Shown piece by piece: positions 45,021 to 58,979 of a DNA stretch of 64,000 bases. Source of the DNA: Mayamaea pseudoterrestris. Taxonomy: Eukaryota. The DNA is taken from NCBI GenBank assembly GCA_027923505.1, contig BROI01000021.1, positions 434,001 through 498,000 on the forward strand. The letters are read 5' to 3'. Made by a program: the position numbers and the translations under genes. The first letter of the stretch is position 1. Each line of letters opens with the position of its first letter. Below the pieces are notes generated by a model. The model did not search any database, was not told the DNA's origin, and saw only the letters and a list, made by a program, of their open reading frames with translations.

Positions 45021-48000
45021 TTATATATCCATCGACCGCTGAACGTGCACGTCGACGAAACAACTTTCGCATGGCGCTCGCAGTCTCCATCTAAGGGACG
45101 CTGTATCCTCGCAACCAACAGTCACTTCGATGCGAAACATCCCTTCATCCACAATAGGAGGGCATATAATTGGAAAACAAAAGTGTCCATCAGTCAAAAT
45201 GGATCCTTTTACTGGCAAATATGGAGCCATATTTGGCAGGCGTTCAACCACCATATGCCGTGGGACAAGATCTTCTACTTCGAAGTCTTGCGCGTCCTCT
45301 GTCGCAGCTCCGCCCTCGTCATCCAGCGGACTGATAAAAATCAATCGATACCAAATCAAGAGGATTGAAGTAGAACACAACAATAGATCCTTCGGTACAT
45401 ATCCAGAGCAGATAAATGTGGATGACAAAGCAGGTGATGCGTGGATGACGTGCAAGTCGTACGTTACATTAGTGTTCTCGGGGTCGGCTGACAATACCAA
45501 AGTGACACTTGCCTTATGAAGAGGAGCGAATATATCGATTGGGACGGGACTTGGAGTCGACAGTATGGCATCTATCATTTCCACTAGCGCATGTGCCCGA
45601 ACATTACTTTCAACCGACTCATCCATTTCAATGAGTAACGAATCGAGATTTTGCAACAGTAACGCCATTGGCGCTGAGAAGCCTCCTGGAACGCTTTGAG
45701 TTGTGCCCTTGTCGTCAAATGTGTCTGTGAACGTACGGCGAGCTGCTTTCGCAAGAAGCAAACACATCGTTCGCAAAAGACCGAGAGATACAGTGGAATG
45801 ATTCCGTCTAATCTGCGCGCCGAAACATTGTATCATGGTACGGAGCCGCTGAGCCAGCTTTATCAAACCTTTACTCGCATTCGATGCATGCGTGGATGTG
45901 CGCGTATACTTCTTCCTGCCGCTTTCCGTAAGCCTCAGTTCCCACCCAAGTCGACGGAGAGTGGTCAGCATGTCGAGCAAGTCTATACGGAAGCAAAGAA
46001 AGTTTATCTGGAACGCAAATGTTTCTTTTGAACTTCCACATCGTGTCTCAAGCGCCATAAACTGCGTTAGCGCGGACCGAAGATTATTAGTCGCTTCTGG
46101 AATTCCTTTCGATGCTTTTTGAATGAGAATAGACTCTGCAATTGCGAAATGTTCAAGCGCCGACAACCAAAGATAATTTTTCTCAGAGATTACACTATTA
46201 ATTCGCAATCGACTGAATAGCTCCTTGGCAATTTTACAATTTCCGGTTAACATTGCATGGCGCGCTATGCAATATTTCATCCAATTGTTCATCTTGTCCC
46301 CTGTGAGAACCTCAGTAATGAAGACATCAACATTTGTCGCAGAGTTGGCGATATTACAGGCTTGACGAATTGAAACACAAGAAGCCAACATATCGAATCC
46401 CCCCAAAAGCGGCGGAGGAGCATTCTGCAACAGAACAATGATCTTATCGGCATGACGAGATACAGCCAAAGGACAATTCAGTGCCACGACTGCTACTAGT
46501 GACTTGTAAGACAGAAGTCTTGAACTATTACGCGGCTCGTCAAAAATGCGCTGCGATAGACTCACCAGCAAAGAAGCTGCAAATTGTCGTGAGCGCTTCG
46601 AAGCGATGGCCACTAGACCCCTTATCCAATCGGACTCTACATCATCTGACAATATTGCCATTGTATTGGCAAACAGTTGTGGTGGAACGTCGTCTGCAGG
46701 AGACTTTCGCTCCAATGAAGCCAGAAGCATATTCGCGGCAGCTGATGCAATCCGCCTGTTAGAATGTAGCATCAAATGTATACCAGCGTGAACGAGCGTG
46801 TCGAAAGCATCATCAATGTCATCGACTTTATCACCTGTCAAGTTTATTCGGCCTGTGAACACTCGGAAGCAGGAAGCCGCACGCGAAAGTAACGAAGTCA
46901 ACAGACACGAAATCAGATTTGGCTTTGCTTTAAAGTCAGTAGTATCAGCAATGTCCTCTTCCATCCACAGATCCAGCTGCCATTCTACGGCATCAGCAAG
47001 CGACCTGGCTATATGCAGTTTCAACCCAGACTTAATGCTACTTGAAACAAGAAGCGAAGATAGGAGCCGCTCCTGTCTGACGTAGTAACATTGTTCAATC
47101 ATTCCTCGGCAGCCACAAATATTTCCCTCGCACATGTTATGCAAAACAAAGTCCCATTCTTCTTGAAGTGTCTGTTTATTACATTGTGCTAGCCTGGCTG
47201 CGGCATTTTTGGCTAAGTCCGCATCCGCATTCGAAATTGCCCAATCTCTCGCAAATCTGTGTAGAGAGCTTCTCAAATGAGGCAGAGCCCCAAACAAAAG
47301 AGGCGAAACGACATCACTTGACCTTTCCTCCAAAGGTGTCGGAATGTTGATAATGTCCGCAACAATTTGTACAAGTTTCAAGCGAGTACCGTAGCTGAGT
47401 TCAAAAAGACTAGCGCTGAGGTTGTCGTGCATGAGTCTCTTTGTTTGTCGCCAACACGGATGGTTCTGTTGGTCCAGTCGTTGCAGCGTTGCAGGAGGAA
47501 GCATGGGCGCCGAGCAAGTAGGGCAAATGCCCAAGGCAAAGACATGCAGTAGGTCAACATTGTCTCGCGAAACTTGACGCACGGATAACAACGGCACAAG
47601 CCCAAGATATAGAAAGGAATCACAAGCAATCTCTAGACTCGCGTCAGCCAATGTGTTCAGTTCTCCATAATCGTTAACGGCGTAGCGCCGACTTGACTTG
47701 ACGAGTCGATCTCCAAGCGGCATGTTTAGAATGTATTTGGCTGGGTCAAAGTCTGGCTTGAACGCATTTTGATCATCATGGAGAAGATACCATTCATTAC
47801 CAGTAGAGTATGGCAACAGATACCCCACGGTAAGAATTGAAGCAAGGTGGAGAATAGTCGAATGTTCTTGTTCCGTCATGAACGGTGCCAGTCGCGAGGC
47901 TTCGCAGAGGAGCTGCAAGAGGCGAAAATGATTAGATGTTCAATCAAGACTGTTCATCATTCTCCAGAATAACTTACTTCCTCCCACGAATGTTGTTCTC

Positions 48001-48202
48001 GAGTTCTTTCCGTACACTTTTGCGCAGTAGCAATCGAAGATTCCAGCAAAGGGATGGATTCGGATATATCGAGTGCCTTCAGACGCCTTCGTTCTCTTGC
48101 ACTTTCTACCAAGGCAATTTCAGCAAACAGTGGTCTACGCGCTGCATCTTGTAACTCAACAATCAAATTTATAACTCGCGTGCGGCGGCTGGGGCTTGCC
48201 AT
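45021..48202 (-). CDS. INTS7: Integrator complex subunit 7-like; intron 47913-47977
   Basis: 'NWMKYCIARHAMLTGNCKIAKELF...SEKNYLWLSALEHFAIAE' and 'FQINFLCFRIDLL' match the INTS7 core as I recall it. Confidence 0.75.
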
Positions 48203-48443
48203 GGTGAAAGTAACCAACTGGTTGTGTCGGTCAACTAGCGACACAGAATATCTGTCTGTCGCAGTGGTTTCAGCGCGACATGCTGACTGAAACGACGCAC
48301 GCCGTTGGATCTTTCGACATGCATCATGCATCAGCTTGCTGGAGCGCAGTAACGGCAGCCACTTGATGACACAAGCAGGCATCGTGCGCCTTTTCTTTAT
48401 CATCGAGGACGGTGATAGAACGGTGTCTTACAATTGGCGAAGG

Positions 48444-49826
48444 ATGAGAGCATCGCCGATTGTGTTAAGTGCGAAAGGCACTTTTTGTCTTTGGCTGACA
48501 GCTGTTCTTGATGTCAGCCTCTCATTTCAACGAAATGGATATCCTTCACCATACAAGATTAACACGAGACGACATGCATTCCGTAACGCTTGTCAACTAT
48601 ATGGCTGTCGCGCCAAGACATTGGAACGGACAAGTGAATACGAGTCGCTGTCACGCAATACGCGAGAAGAACGACAACAAGACGACGTTAACATCAACGG
48701 TCACCAATCATCCGCATTGATTGATCCATCAAGAACTGCGCTGACCACTGCTCTTGCTACCGTTACAGCTGCAGCAACCTCCTCTCAAGCTCTCGCTTCC
48801 AACATTCCGGAAATTTCCCAAGGTTACCTCGACCCAAACAACTTCAACCCCGTCTGCCCAGCCAGCGACTTTTTCTATCGCTTTCTCCAAACCTCCGCAA
48901 TCAATGTGGTAGGCCGAGAGTCCTTCATTGAATACGGACCTCTTATTGCCGGAGGCTTGCTGCGGGTCCGGCTGGAGCTTTGTGTTGTAGAAAGCTTTTT
49001 CAACGAGGCAGTCATTCCCTTTATCAAACAAAACGGCTTGAACTGGGTTTTGCCGCTGCATGAAACGGTGGAAACTTTTCTCGCTGGGACTGGTGAGTGC
49101 GTGAAAGACACCTTTCTTGTCAAGTATTCTGTTGCGTGCTCTATCTTGCTCACACAATTTTGAACTTTCCTTGCAATAGTTTTTGCGATTGCAACAACAT
49201 TCATTCTCGTCGGGTCTACCAAGATTTTGATTGTCATTGCAACCTACACCGACTTTCTTATCGGTTTGGTAAGTGCTACCTATATTTGGTTGTGTTTGAT
49301 AAGGACAAATCCATATGCTGTGATTGCGAGCGCGCTCCACCTGGGAGCTGCATGCCAAGGACCCAATCATTACGGATGTGCTTCCAAGACGTATGCCCAT
49401 GCGCATGTCCACCTTTAAACTCACAAGAATGCGACGATATACTCACCATGTCTATTTCTTGCCGTATGGTTGTCAACAACTGAATTGCCAAAGCCCTTTA
49501 GATTATTTGGGGGTTTTGCGTTCGACCGGGCCATGGGTAAACCTGTAACTTTGGATATTGGTTTCGGACCATTCAAGACTAGAGTCATTGGGCCAGTTGA
49601 CAAAGCCGATGGGGCAGTGGAAAAGAGCTTTACTGATTTGGGACCGGCGGAGCTTGTAAGTGTAATCATCTTTGGAACTGCCAAGTTTGCCGGCCAAATC
49701 GTCGGAGTAATTCGCGAAGGACTTGATGCGCTGGATGTTTTCGTTGGCAGATACCTTGTAATCTGGGCATCTCTCTACATTGGTCTCAAATTCGTTCACT
49801 TCAAGATACTCCCCGATTTCCCCTGA
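48444..49826 (+). CDS. Conserved hypothetical plastid-targeted membrane protein; introns ~49093-49179 and 49269-49493
   Basis: Signal peptide + 'SLS-F'. Three ORF pieces can be joined through GT-AG introns; several hydrophobic helices. Confidence 0.7.
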
Positions 49827-50191
49827 TGCTCTGTCGATTACACCAATCGACAGCCGAAATCAGGAACGACTGCGTTTGTTCGTCGCGACATTCCTTCATT
49901 ACGCTTGATGGGGTATGCTGCAGCATGATATGTGCCGATAATATTGCCATTTTTAATGTACTGTCCAACTTGCCTATCGTTAAACTACACCATGGAAGCC
50001 AACATTAAGCGTACAGTAGGTGTTCAAGCGCGGTATGTATAATATGAATAGCTAAGATTTTCGTCGAATGTGGCCGCATCGCGCGCCTGTCGACTTGTGA
50101 ACGGACAGTATGTACCGACGACGACGAGAAACCACAGTGTGACAATGAAACAAGAGATGGCATACTGTAGTGCAATAGGACTGCTTTGACC

Positions 50192-53100
50192 ATGACGTTC
50201 CTACGGCTGGCCTTACCATGGCGGATTCTCTTACTCCTTCTGACTCTCGTGGCGTGTTCCGCAAACGGCAGTGACAATCCAAGAGATCCATCTCGAAGAC
50301 CGTTCGCTGCAGGCAATTCGAGGCGTTACTCATCGGCACCTCTAAACAACGATGATAATGAAGACTATGGCCTAGTTGGTCGATCAGGTCGTAGTGAATA
50401 CGAATACGATGAAGACATGATTGGCAACAACGACTACAGTCGGGAGGGCGATGACGGGGAACGCACGCGGGCATCATTCTTCTCAGACGATTCCGAGGAC
50501 CGGGAGTTTGATGACGAAAATGTAGATGACTTTGGTCACTCGTCTTCATCTGCAACGTCAGGTTCCGATAGACTATCGTTTGGAGCTGGCAAGGAGGCCC
50601 TATACGATGCATACAATCAACTCCACACACTAGCTCAAGAGTACGACAAGCCTTTTGACGCACCGGCTGTGGTGGTGGTTGGCCATCAATCGTCGGGAAA
50701 GTCAGCCTTGATTGAAGCTTTAATGGGATTCCAATTCAATCAGGTTGGAGGCGGTACCAAGACACGTCGACCGATAGCTCTACGAATGCAGTACAATCCA
50801 TCATGTCGACAACCACGATGGTTCCTCTTGGGAGAGGACGGCGTTGAGCGACCCATGCAACTCAGTGAAATTCAAGACTACATTGAAAAGGAAAATCGTC
50901 GATTAGAGCGTGATCCGATGCGATCTTTTGATCCGAAGGAAATTAACATTCGAATGGAATACAAGCATTGCCCCAATATGATTCTTATTGATACACCAGG
51001 TCTGATTGCTGCACCGCGCATTGCCAAGGGAAGGTCCAGCGCAGGTGCCGCCATTGCGCAACAACGCGCCCTGCAACTAGCAGCCAAGGAGGCTGAGCGA
51101 ATGGTTGTTGAAAAGATGCGGTGCGAAGATTACATTATTTTATGTGTCGAAGACAACAAGTAAGTTTGGTGCATGGTGAAAGGAGCAGAATTTTCGCGTC
51201 CAAACACTCACCTAATCGTTCCCTTCTGCCCTTAGTGATTGGAAACACGGTGCCACGCGAGAGATTGTTGCAAAAGCTGATCCAGACTTGTCTAGAACTG
51301 TCATTGTCAACACTAAATTTGACACAAAAATACCACAGTTCTCGTCACCTTCTGATGTCCAAGACTTTTTAAAGGCATCCATTCTTGACCGAATTTGTCC
51401 TCAAAAACTTGGCGGGCCTTTCTTTACCTCTGTTCCAAGTGGACGAGTTGGCAGGACGGGTGACCAAGACGACGAAGATGATGATGGCTACACCAAAGTA
51501 TACAATAACGACGACGATTTTGTAGCAGGATGTGCTGACAGTGAGAATGCAGACCGAGCTGTCGTTATGCAGCGCCTTAAAAAAATTGGTCTCGTTGGCG
51601 ATGCTGCCACAGGTTCCGTTGTAGCTAGTAGGATCGGATTGACCAAGCTGCGCACATTCCTGGAGCAGCGCGTCGATGAATCATATCGACGTAACGTGCG
51701 CAAAATTATTCCAATGCTACAGGCGGAGCATCTTGCCACAGAGCGTCGTCTACAGGCTGTCGAAAAGGAACTTGACGCACTCTCGTTGGAACGATTGAAG
51801 GCAGGAGCAGACGCCTACTGTGATGAGTTTTGCGAGTACCTTCGAAAGGCGATTCAAGGAAGTATCATGGCGCCAGCAAGTCTGTTTGGGGAAACGCTAA
51901 ATCAGGAAGTGACAGCAGCTGGTTCATTTTATGGTACGTAGTCGATTGGTGTGGCTGCTGCGGGACGCGTCGTGGTACCGAGAATGATACTTTGTCTCAA
52001 ATTGGTTTATACGCAGACATTCAAGGCTGTCCGATGGCTGTATCTGACCGCATTTGGGATCGACTCGTCGATGTTGAGGTCGGAAATCGGGATCACCGTC
52101 TTTACGGGGGTGCTCAGTATCACCGAGCCTTGCGCGAATTCAACCTGGCGACCAAGTGTCTGCGCATGCCGGCGATTACGGACGACGAGATTGCCAATGC
52201 CGTCGGTGTGGGTGAGACTCACGATGGTGTCAATTTTCTACATGCTGCCTGCACAATCGCGCTTGAAAAGGCGAGGGTATCGTTTGAGCCACTCTTGGGT
52301 GCACTGGAACGACGAATGGTCCATGTGATGGATCGGCTTTGCCCAGTGACAGAGTACATGTTGCGAGAGCACAGAGATCGCCGAAACCTTCGCCCACATA
52401 GTCAACGAGCAAACAGTGTCGAGGAGGATAGCTCAAGGTCCACCGTTGAACAAGCAATGGACATATCGCAAAACCCACAGTTTCGCCAGCTTGTTCGCGG
52501 TGTTTTTGAGAAATTTACCGAGCATTGTGCGAATGAGGTAAGGAGTGGATGGGTGATTAAGTTTGCGCTGCGGGCTCATTGTGCTGACACTGCGAACACA
52601 CGTTTCCACACAGGCTATGTCCAAGTGTAGAGACGATCTTATCGCTGTCACTCGATACGTTACTTGGAACCTCGACGAGAGAAGCAGTGGTGCATTATCA
52701 CGGGCGCTTCCGGACCAGGCAGACGTCATCGGCGTCTACAAGGTTGCGCTAGAAAAAGGGAACAAAGTAGATGCAATCGAAGGAGATGCTTTGTCGCAAG
52801 ATGGAGTCAAGCCCCAGGATAAGGAGCAGGCACTTGTCCCTGTCGACGATCGACAACACGATCGCGACTACAAGAATCTTGTGCAGCTTGTTGAAGAAGC
52901 CATGATGTCGCGCCATTCAAACAGAACGGATGTGGTTGTCACAGGCCTTGTACAATACATAGTGTCATCATGGCAGAATTCCTTTTGCAAGATGGTTACT
53001 ACCAAGTACAACTGCTATTTTTTGCTGCCTTTTGTCGATCAATTCCATCGATTCATGCGCAAGGAGCTTCAAAAGATCTATGACGGATCAGGTGATGGCT

Positions 53101-53306
53101 TTCCCGAAGTATTCGACATGACTGCCGCCCGGCAGTCATTGCAAGCTTATCGCGAGGAACTCGTCAATGAGTGTATGCTCAACAAAAAGCTACAAGACAA
53201 GTTTGCAGTCTGCTCGCAGATGATGCAACCTAATGGACAAGAAGCTGCTTCTCGAAGAATAACGCCCTCTGAGCGGCGGCGTCAAAATGCTAGTCAACGA
53301 CGATAA
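50192..53306 (+). CDS. ARC5: Plastid-division dynamin-related protein DRP5B/ARC5 with N-terminal signal peptide; introns 51160-51235, 51934-52016, 52538-52613
   Basis: 'LYDAYNQLHTLAQ', 'GHQSSGKSALIEALMGFQFNQVGGGTKTRRP', 'DTPG', 'TKFD', 'PFFTSVPSGRVG' and 'RLYGGAQYHRA'. Confidence 0.92.
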
Positions 53307-53369
53307 GCGCGCATTACAAATAGTTTATGTTTGCAGTGATATGATTTATAAGCACCAGCAAGTAGGTGT

Positions 53370-54611
53370 TCAGCCGCTGAAGGCGATATCTATGTCGCCG
53401 AGTTTGCTCTCCGACGTCCAGTGATATAACCATCCTCCAACCTCATCCGCCAAAATGACAACATCCAATGCGCTCGCGCTTTGCGCCCAAGCAAGATAAA
53501 ATTTTAGTTTTTGTTGGCAATTTCGTATAACTTTCTTAAACGTTTTCGTGGTTGACTCCGACTGCATAGCAACAGCCAGAATATCGCACGCTCCTAGCAG
53601 GGATTTTCCAATGAAGCGCCGGTTGCCGAGAATAATCGCAACATCCTCAATGAGAAACTGCAATACAGAGTCGTTGAAAGGACTTTGCCCAGGTGTTCGA
53701 TTGCTAGTTGCGACATACGAAAGTGCTTCGGAGACGCTCTCAAAACAAATGTTTTCGGACAAGACATGAGACGACTGCATGAGGTGCTCCGACGCTTCAA
53801 CAGAAACTAGCTTCGCATTCTGGCAGCCATGAAACAAGTGCAGTGTAGAAACGATTGAAAACAAAATTTCCAGTATATTGTAGCGTAGTTGCTTCGGCAC
53901 TTCCTTGCCTCTTGGTCGCAGATCATCAAACGGTGGAATTGCTAGGAGTCTTTCATCGAGCGTCTTGCCGTATCCGTGGTCCTCGTCCGAGAAGGCGCAT
54001 GTTTCCTGATTGGCAGGATTCCCACCCGAGAGCTTCACTCGCCACCAAGGATGCCAAGGTTCCAGCAACCACTCACTTAAATCTCCCCGCCGCAGTGACG
54101 CACCAACAGCTGCTGTTACAGCAGGCCGACTATGCAGAAAGTTCGACAGCCCTTGCTCATCTCCCTTGTCCAAAAGATCAAGTAGCTCTAGCAACTCATG
54201 TCGGTCAAATATTGGTTCTTTACCAAAGCCTCCTGACTCTCGCTCCTGCTGTTGGCTATAAATGCGATTCAGCGATCGATGGAAGTCTTCTTGTTTTGCC
54301 AATGTTTCCAGCGTCAGTACTTGCGACATGCGATCTTGATAAAAGATTTTTGAACAGTCCAAATTTCCTTCACTATGATTTCGATAGCACTCACTGGAGC
54401 AATATTCGATAGAACATTTTGGGCACTTGTAGCGCGCCTCGCACTTGCAGCAAACGTGACAGGGAGCAGCGGCGAGGCGGTCGGCTTCCGCAGATTCTGT
54501 CATGGTTGGTGTCTGCAATAAAACAGGTTCTAAATTTCGCTTCTTCTGCTCACATTCTGGACCTTTGTGAATCTGAATTACGAGTGAAAAAGGAACTGTG
54601 TACTCGCTCAT
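53370..54611 (-). CDS. ZNHIT2: Zinc finger HIT domain protein (ZNHIT2-like); true start may be the downstream Met 'MTESAE'
   Basis: 'CHVC...RYKCPKCSIEYCSSECYRNH...CSKIFY' and 'WHPWW'. Confidence 0.8.
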   Translation of the reverse strand: MSEYTVPFSLVIQIHKGPECEQKKRNLEPVLLQTPTMTESAEADRLAAAPCHVCCKCEARYKCPKCSIEYCSSECYRNHSEGNLDCSKIFYQDRMSQVLTLETLAKQEDFHRSLNRIYSQQQERESGGFGKEPIFDRHELLELLDLLDKGDEQGLSNFLHSRPAVTAAVGASLRRGDLSEWLLEPWHPWWRVKLSGGNPANQETCAFSDEDHGYGKTLDERLLAIPPFDDLRPRGKEVPKQLRYNILEILFSIVSTLHLFHGCQNAKLVSVEASEHLMQSSHVLSENICFESVSEALSYVATSNRTPGQSPFNDSVLQFLIEDVAIILGNRRFIGKSLLGACDILAVAMQSESTTKTFKKVIRNCQQKLKFYLAWAQSASALDVVILADEVGGWLYHWTSESKLGDIDIAFSG

Positions 54612-55073
54612 GGCCGCTATATTATTACGGTGTGAAAAAACAAATGATATGAGAGTCGTTTCGGCGGGCCGTCTGTGGCTACAAAATCCAATCCATGTTT
54701 GACACGATTAAACGAGTACCTGTATGACATAGATTTCAATTTCACACGACTCGCACGACGCGATCATCACTACAAGTACGTACCTCGACGAACAAGATAT
54801 CAAAGCTCACAGTTCACTCATCACTCACCAAGGTGGGTGCTACCCTGTTTGGGGCCACCTTTGCTGTGATTGGGCGATCTGCATGTGACTAGAGATGAGT
54901 ATGACGTCCATTTCTAACAATGATGATGATCATATTGGGTGACTAATATGATCTGTGAGAGCGTGTGATTTGTGGTGTGCTGTGTGCATCGCAAGGACAA
55001 GGCCTCGTCGTAAAAGAACAAGAGCAATAGAAGTAGTTCGCATGGAAGAAGTCATAAGTACGTTTAGACTCGC

Positions 55074-55144
55074 TGGTGATGAAGTTCGTTCATGATCTCC
55101 TTACCAATCGAGGGGTGATGACGTGAGACTTGTTACTGAAACCA
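55074..55144 (+). ncRNA. Candidate box C/D snoRNA
   Basis: Box C GTGATGA 55076-82, D' ATGA 55092-95, internal hairpin, C' GTGATGA 55115-21, D CTGA 55136-39. Confidence 0.5.
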
Positions 55145-55169
55145 TATACCATAGTAAACTGGCTAGTAA

Positions 55170-55217
55170 ACACAGCGATGACTGATCTTTATGGCAGCGC
55201 AATAAACTGAGCTGTGT
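55170..55217 (+). ncRNA. C/D-like K-turn hairpin (short snoRNA or domain of a larger RNA)
   Basis: A perfect 7-bp stem ACACAGC/GCTGTGT directly flanks GATGA...CTGA. Confidence 0.35.
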
Positions 55218-55390
55218 CATTGTAATCAAGTGCTGCGACAAGACACATCGTAATCTTGTAATCGGCCAACAATCACTTTGGCGAGTCGGGCGACACAAAT
55301 TGAGGCTCAGCATCGCACACGCAACTACGACGTCACCATGCTACCTAATGCTGTCAAATGTATTAAAACATACTGTATCAATATATGATG

Positions 55391-56106
55391 TTACAAAAGC
55401 TTGTCAGCCTCGGCGATGTCCGCCCGTAGATAAGTCGATAGCTTCCTTCGTTCAGTCAATTGCTTTTCCAGTAGTTCAATGATGATCTCTCGCGCTTGAT
55501 GCTCCCGAAATTTGTTGCATTCCTGCAGCATGAGAAAAATGTTGTGCGAAAGTTCGTCTCTCGTGTGTCTGAGAGATTAATAAAAGGATGAGACAAGTTA
55601 TTTGGGCTAAGTGCGCTCAGCGCTCAAACTCCAGCGTCGGCGTCAACTTACTTGTTTTCCGTCGGACGGTGAACCAAATCTTGTACCAACTTTATAAATC
55701 CTTGGATTACTTGAATATTCAAACTTTTCACTTGATTTCTTATTACAGAATGGTTCTCGCAAGTATCCAGCGGTTCAAAGTGCAATGGATCTTCTACAAT
55801 CTCGCCAAAGACCGCAACGACAGGAGTTCCTCCGTCCTCGTCGTCTTTTACGACACCACCTAAAATTGCATCTGTCGCGTCTTTTCCTAATCGCAATTGT
55901 TCTGCTTCCGCCCGCATTCGCTTCGCAGCCGCCGATGCTCGGAGTGTGCCTCGAGTCAAGGCAGCCTGCGGAATCTCGGGTGGCTCAAGGTCCACTGCAG
56001 TTCGAAAGTAGTTGGGAGGCGGCGGGAATTCCGAAACGAGAATAGTGGCTTCACCAGGAGTCTCGGAGAGCTCATGGTCGAGATCAGAGGTAGAGTTTGC
56101 TGCCAT
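55391..56106 (-). CDS. MED7: Mediator subunit 7; intron 55569-55651
   Basis: 'SEFPPPPNYF' and 'VFGE'. Exon 2, missed by the ORF track, reads 'HTRDELSHNIFLMLQECNKFREHQAREIIIELLEKQL'. Confidence 0.88.
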
Positions 56107-56309
56107 GGTGGCTACGTACATTGACGACTACTTTGATGTTGGATGCGTGATTTTGTCGCGCTTTGTTTAATACCGGTACGACGTTTTCGATTGAATCGGT
56201 CAAGTTGAAGTTGAGAAATCGATGATGTGCATCGGTTGTCGTCCATTTCGTTTTGTTCCTAACAATTTTGATTCTCCTTTCTTGATCGTCGACTAAGCAC
56301 AGCAACACC

Positions 56310-57679
<1,370 letters not shown>

Positions 57680-57680
57680 A

Positions 57681-57819
57681 GTTACAGTTCAAACTTTTAA
57701 CTTCGAGGCCCCGCCGCCACAATTATACTCGTATGTTGCATCAAATCGTTCACATCCGAACAATGTTACAGTTCAAACGTTTCAATTTGAGGCCCAGTTA
57801 CACAAACTCATATGTAACA
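57681..57819. repeat. Imperfect ~55-bp direct duplication at 84-bp spacing between convergent genes
   Basis: GTTACAGTTCAAAC...GAGGCCC...ACTC.TATGT at 57681 and 57765. Confidence 0.8.
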
Positions 57820-57849
57820 ATAAAAATCTTCCAAAACAGATAAGCTCCG

Positions 57850-58979
57850 TTATGGCGGGTTTCTAGGTTTTATCGATCGATTTGGAGCCCATCTACGCGG
57901 GGTCTGCCTTGTGCGTCGCCATGGTTTGTTTGGCAGGTCCATAGTAAATCGTCCAACATGAATTTGTCGAGTCATCCGCGAAATGCGCTTAATAACGACC
58001 TCCGGTATCGATTCAATGTGCCGTGGCAGCCGAACGATCGGACGGTCTACTAAAAGTCGAGTGCCATCCATCATGTCACTGTAGTAGAGTCGAGGACCAA
58101 AGTAGTAGGACATTGCTGCTCCTCCTGTCAAGGTGTATGATAACGATACATGATTAGCCTTTTTATACCAACGATCATAGGAAGACAAATTCTTTACCTA
58201 CCCATGGCTCCTCCCAAATGACCATAATTATCAATCATTGGCATCACAAAACCCATTCCTACATTTATAAGTAAAGTCGCCCCAATGGACGTGCTCATGT
58301 CAGCTCCCTCTCGCCCAAGTAACCACTCATGACGGTTCAAGAATACTAAATAGGCTGAAATGACACCCAAGACAGCCCCGCTCGCTCCCAAACTAGGATT
58401 AGGCGACATGTAAGCGGAAAACAAGTTACCTGCTATTCCGCTAACTAGATATGTAGCAAGGAAGCGTCCAGGCCCAAATATTTGCTCAATAGATGGCCCC
58501 GCGTTTCCAAGTGACTGCGAGTTTGTGAATAGATGGAATAGTCCGCCATGGAGGAACATCGGCGTAATGACTCGATGCAGCTCCTGGCCGGATAATATCT
58601 TGTTGCTAATTTTAACACCCCAAGCTGTCAATGACGGTCGAATAACCTGTGCCAAGTAGGTTGCAACGTTAATGAGTGTCAGTCGCGATGTAATGGTTGC
58701 TTGATTTGGCCGCGTGCGCCGACGGTGGAATGAATAGGACCTTGCTTTCGTGTCAGTAATCCAGTCTTCCTGGTCGAGAAAATATGAACTGTAATCTTTA
58801 GAGTACATTTGCTGGCGAATCGTTATGTCTTCTCTGCCTACCGACTGTGACGACGGTCGCCATGGTTTAGCGCTGGATGATGAGAAAGTTGCCAACCGGG
58901 AATATTGCTGTGAAGAAACGACAAGCCAAGGTAAACAACTAATGGTTAGAGCTCTGATAAATAGTTCTGCTTGCTTCAT
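57850..58979 (-). CDS. Rhomboid intramembrane serine protease; intron 58125-58201
   Basis: 'TPMFLHGGLFHLFTN', catalytic 'GASG' and 'GHLGG'; N-terminal signal peptide. Confidence 0.9.

Noticed and set aside
48729..49424. 231-aa antisense ORF and similar shadow ORFs elsewhere
   Set aside because: They overlap well-supported genes on the opposite strand and show no motifs.
54700..55390. U3 snoRNA or telomerase RNA
   Set aside because: No convincing U3 box A (GGATCA) and no CCCTAA-type template.
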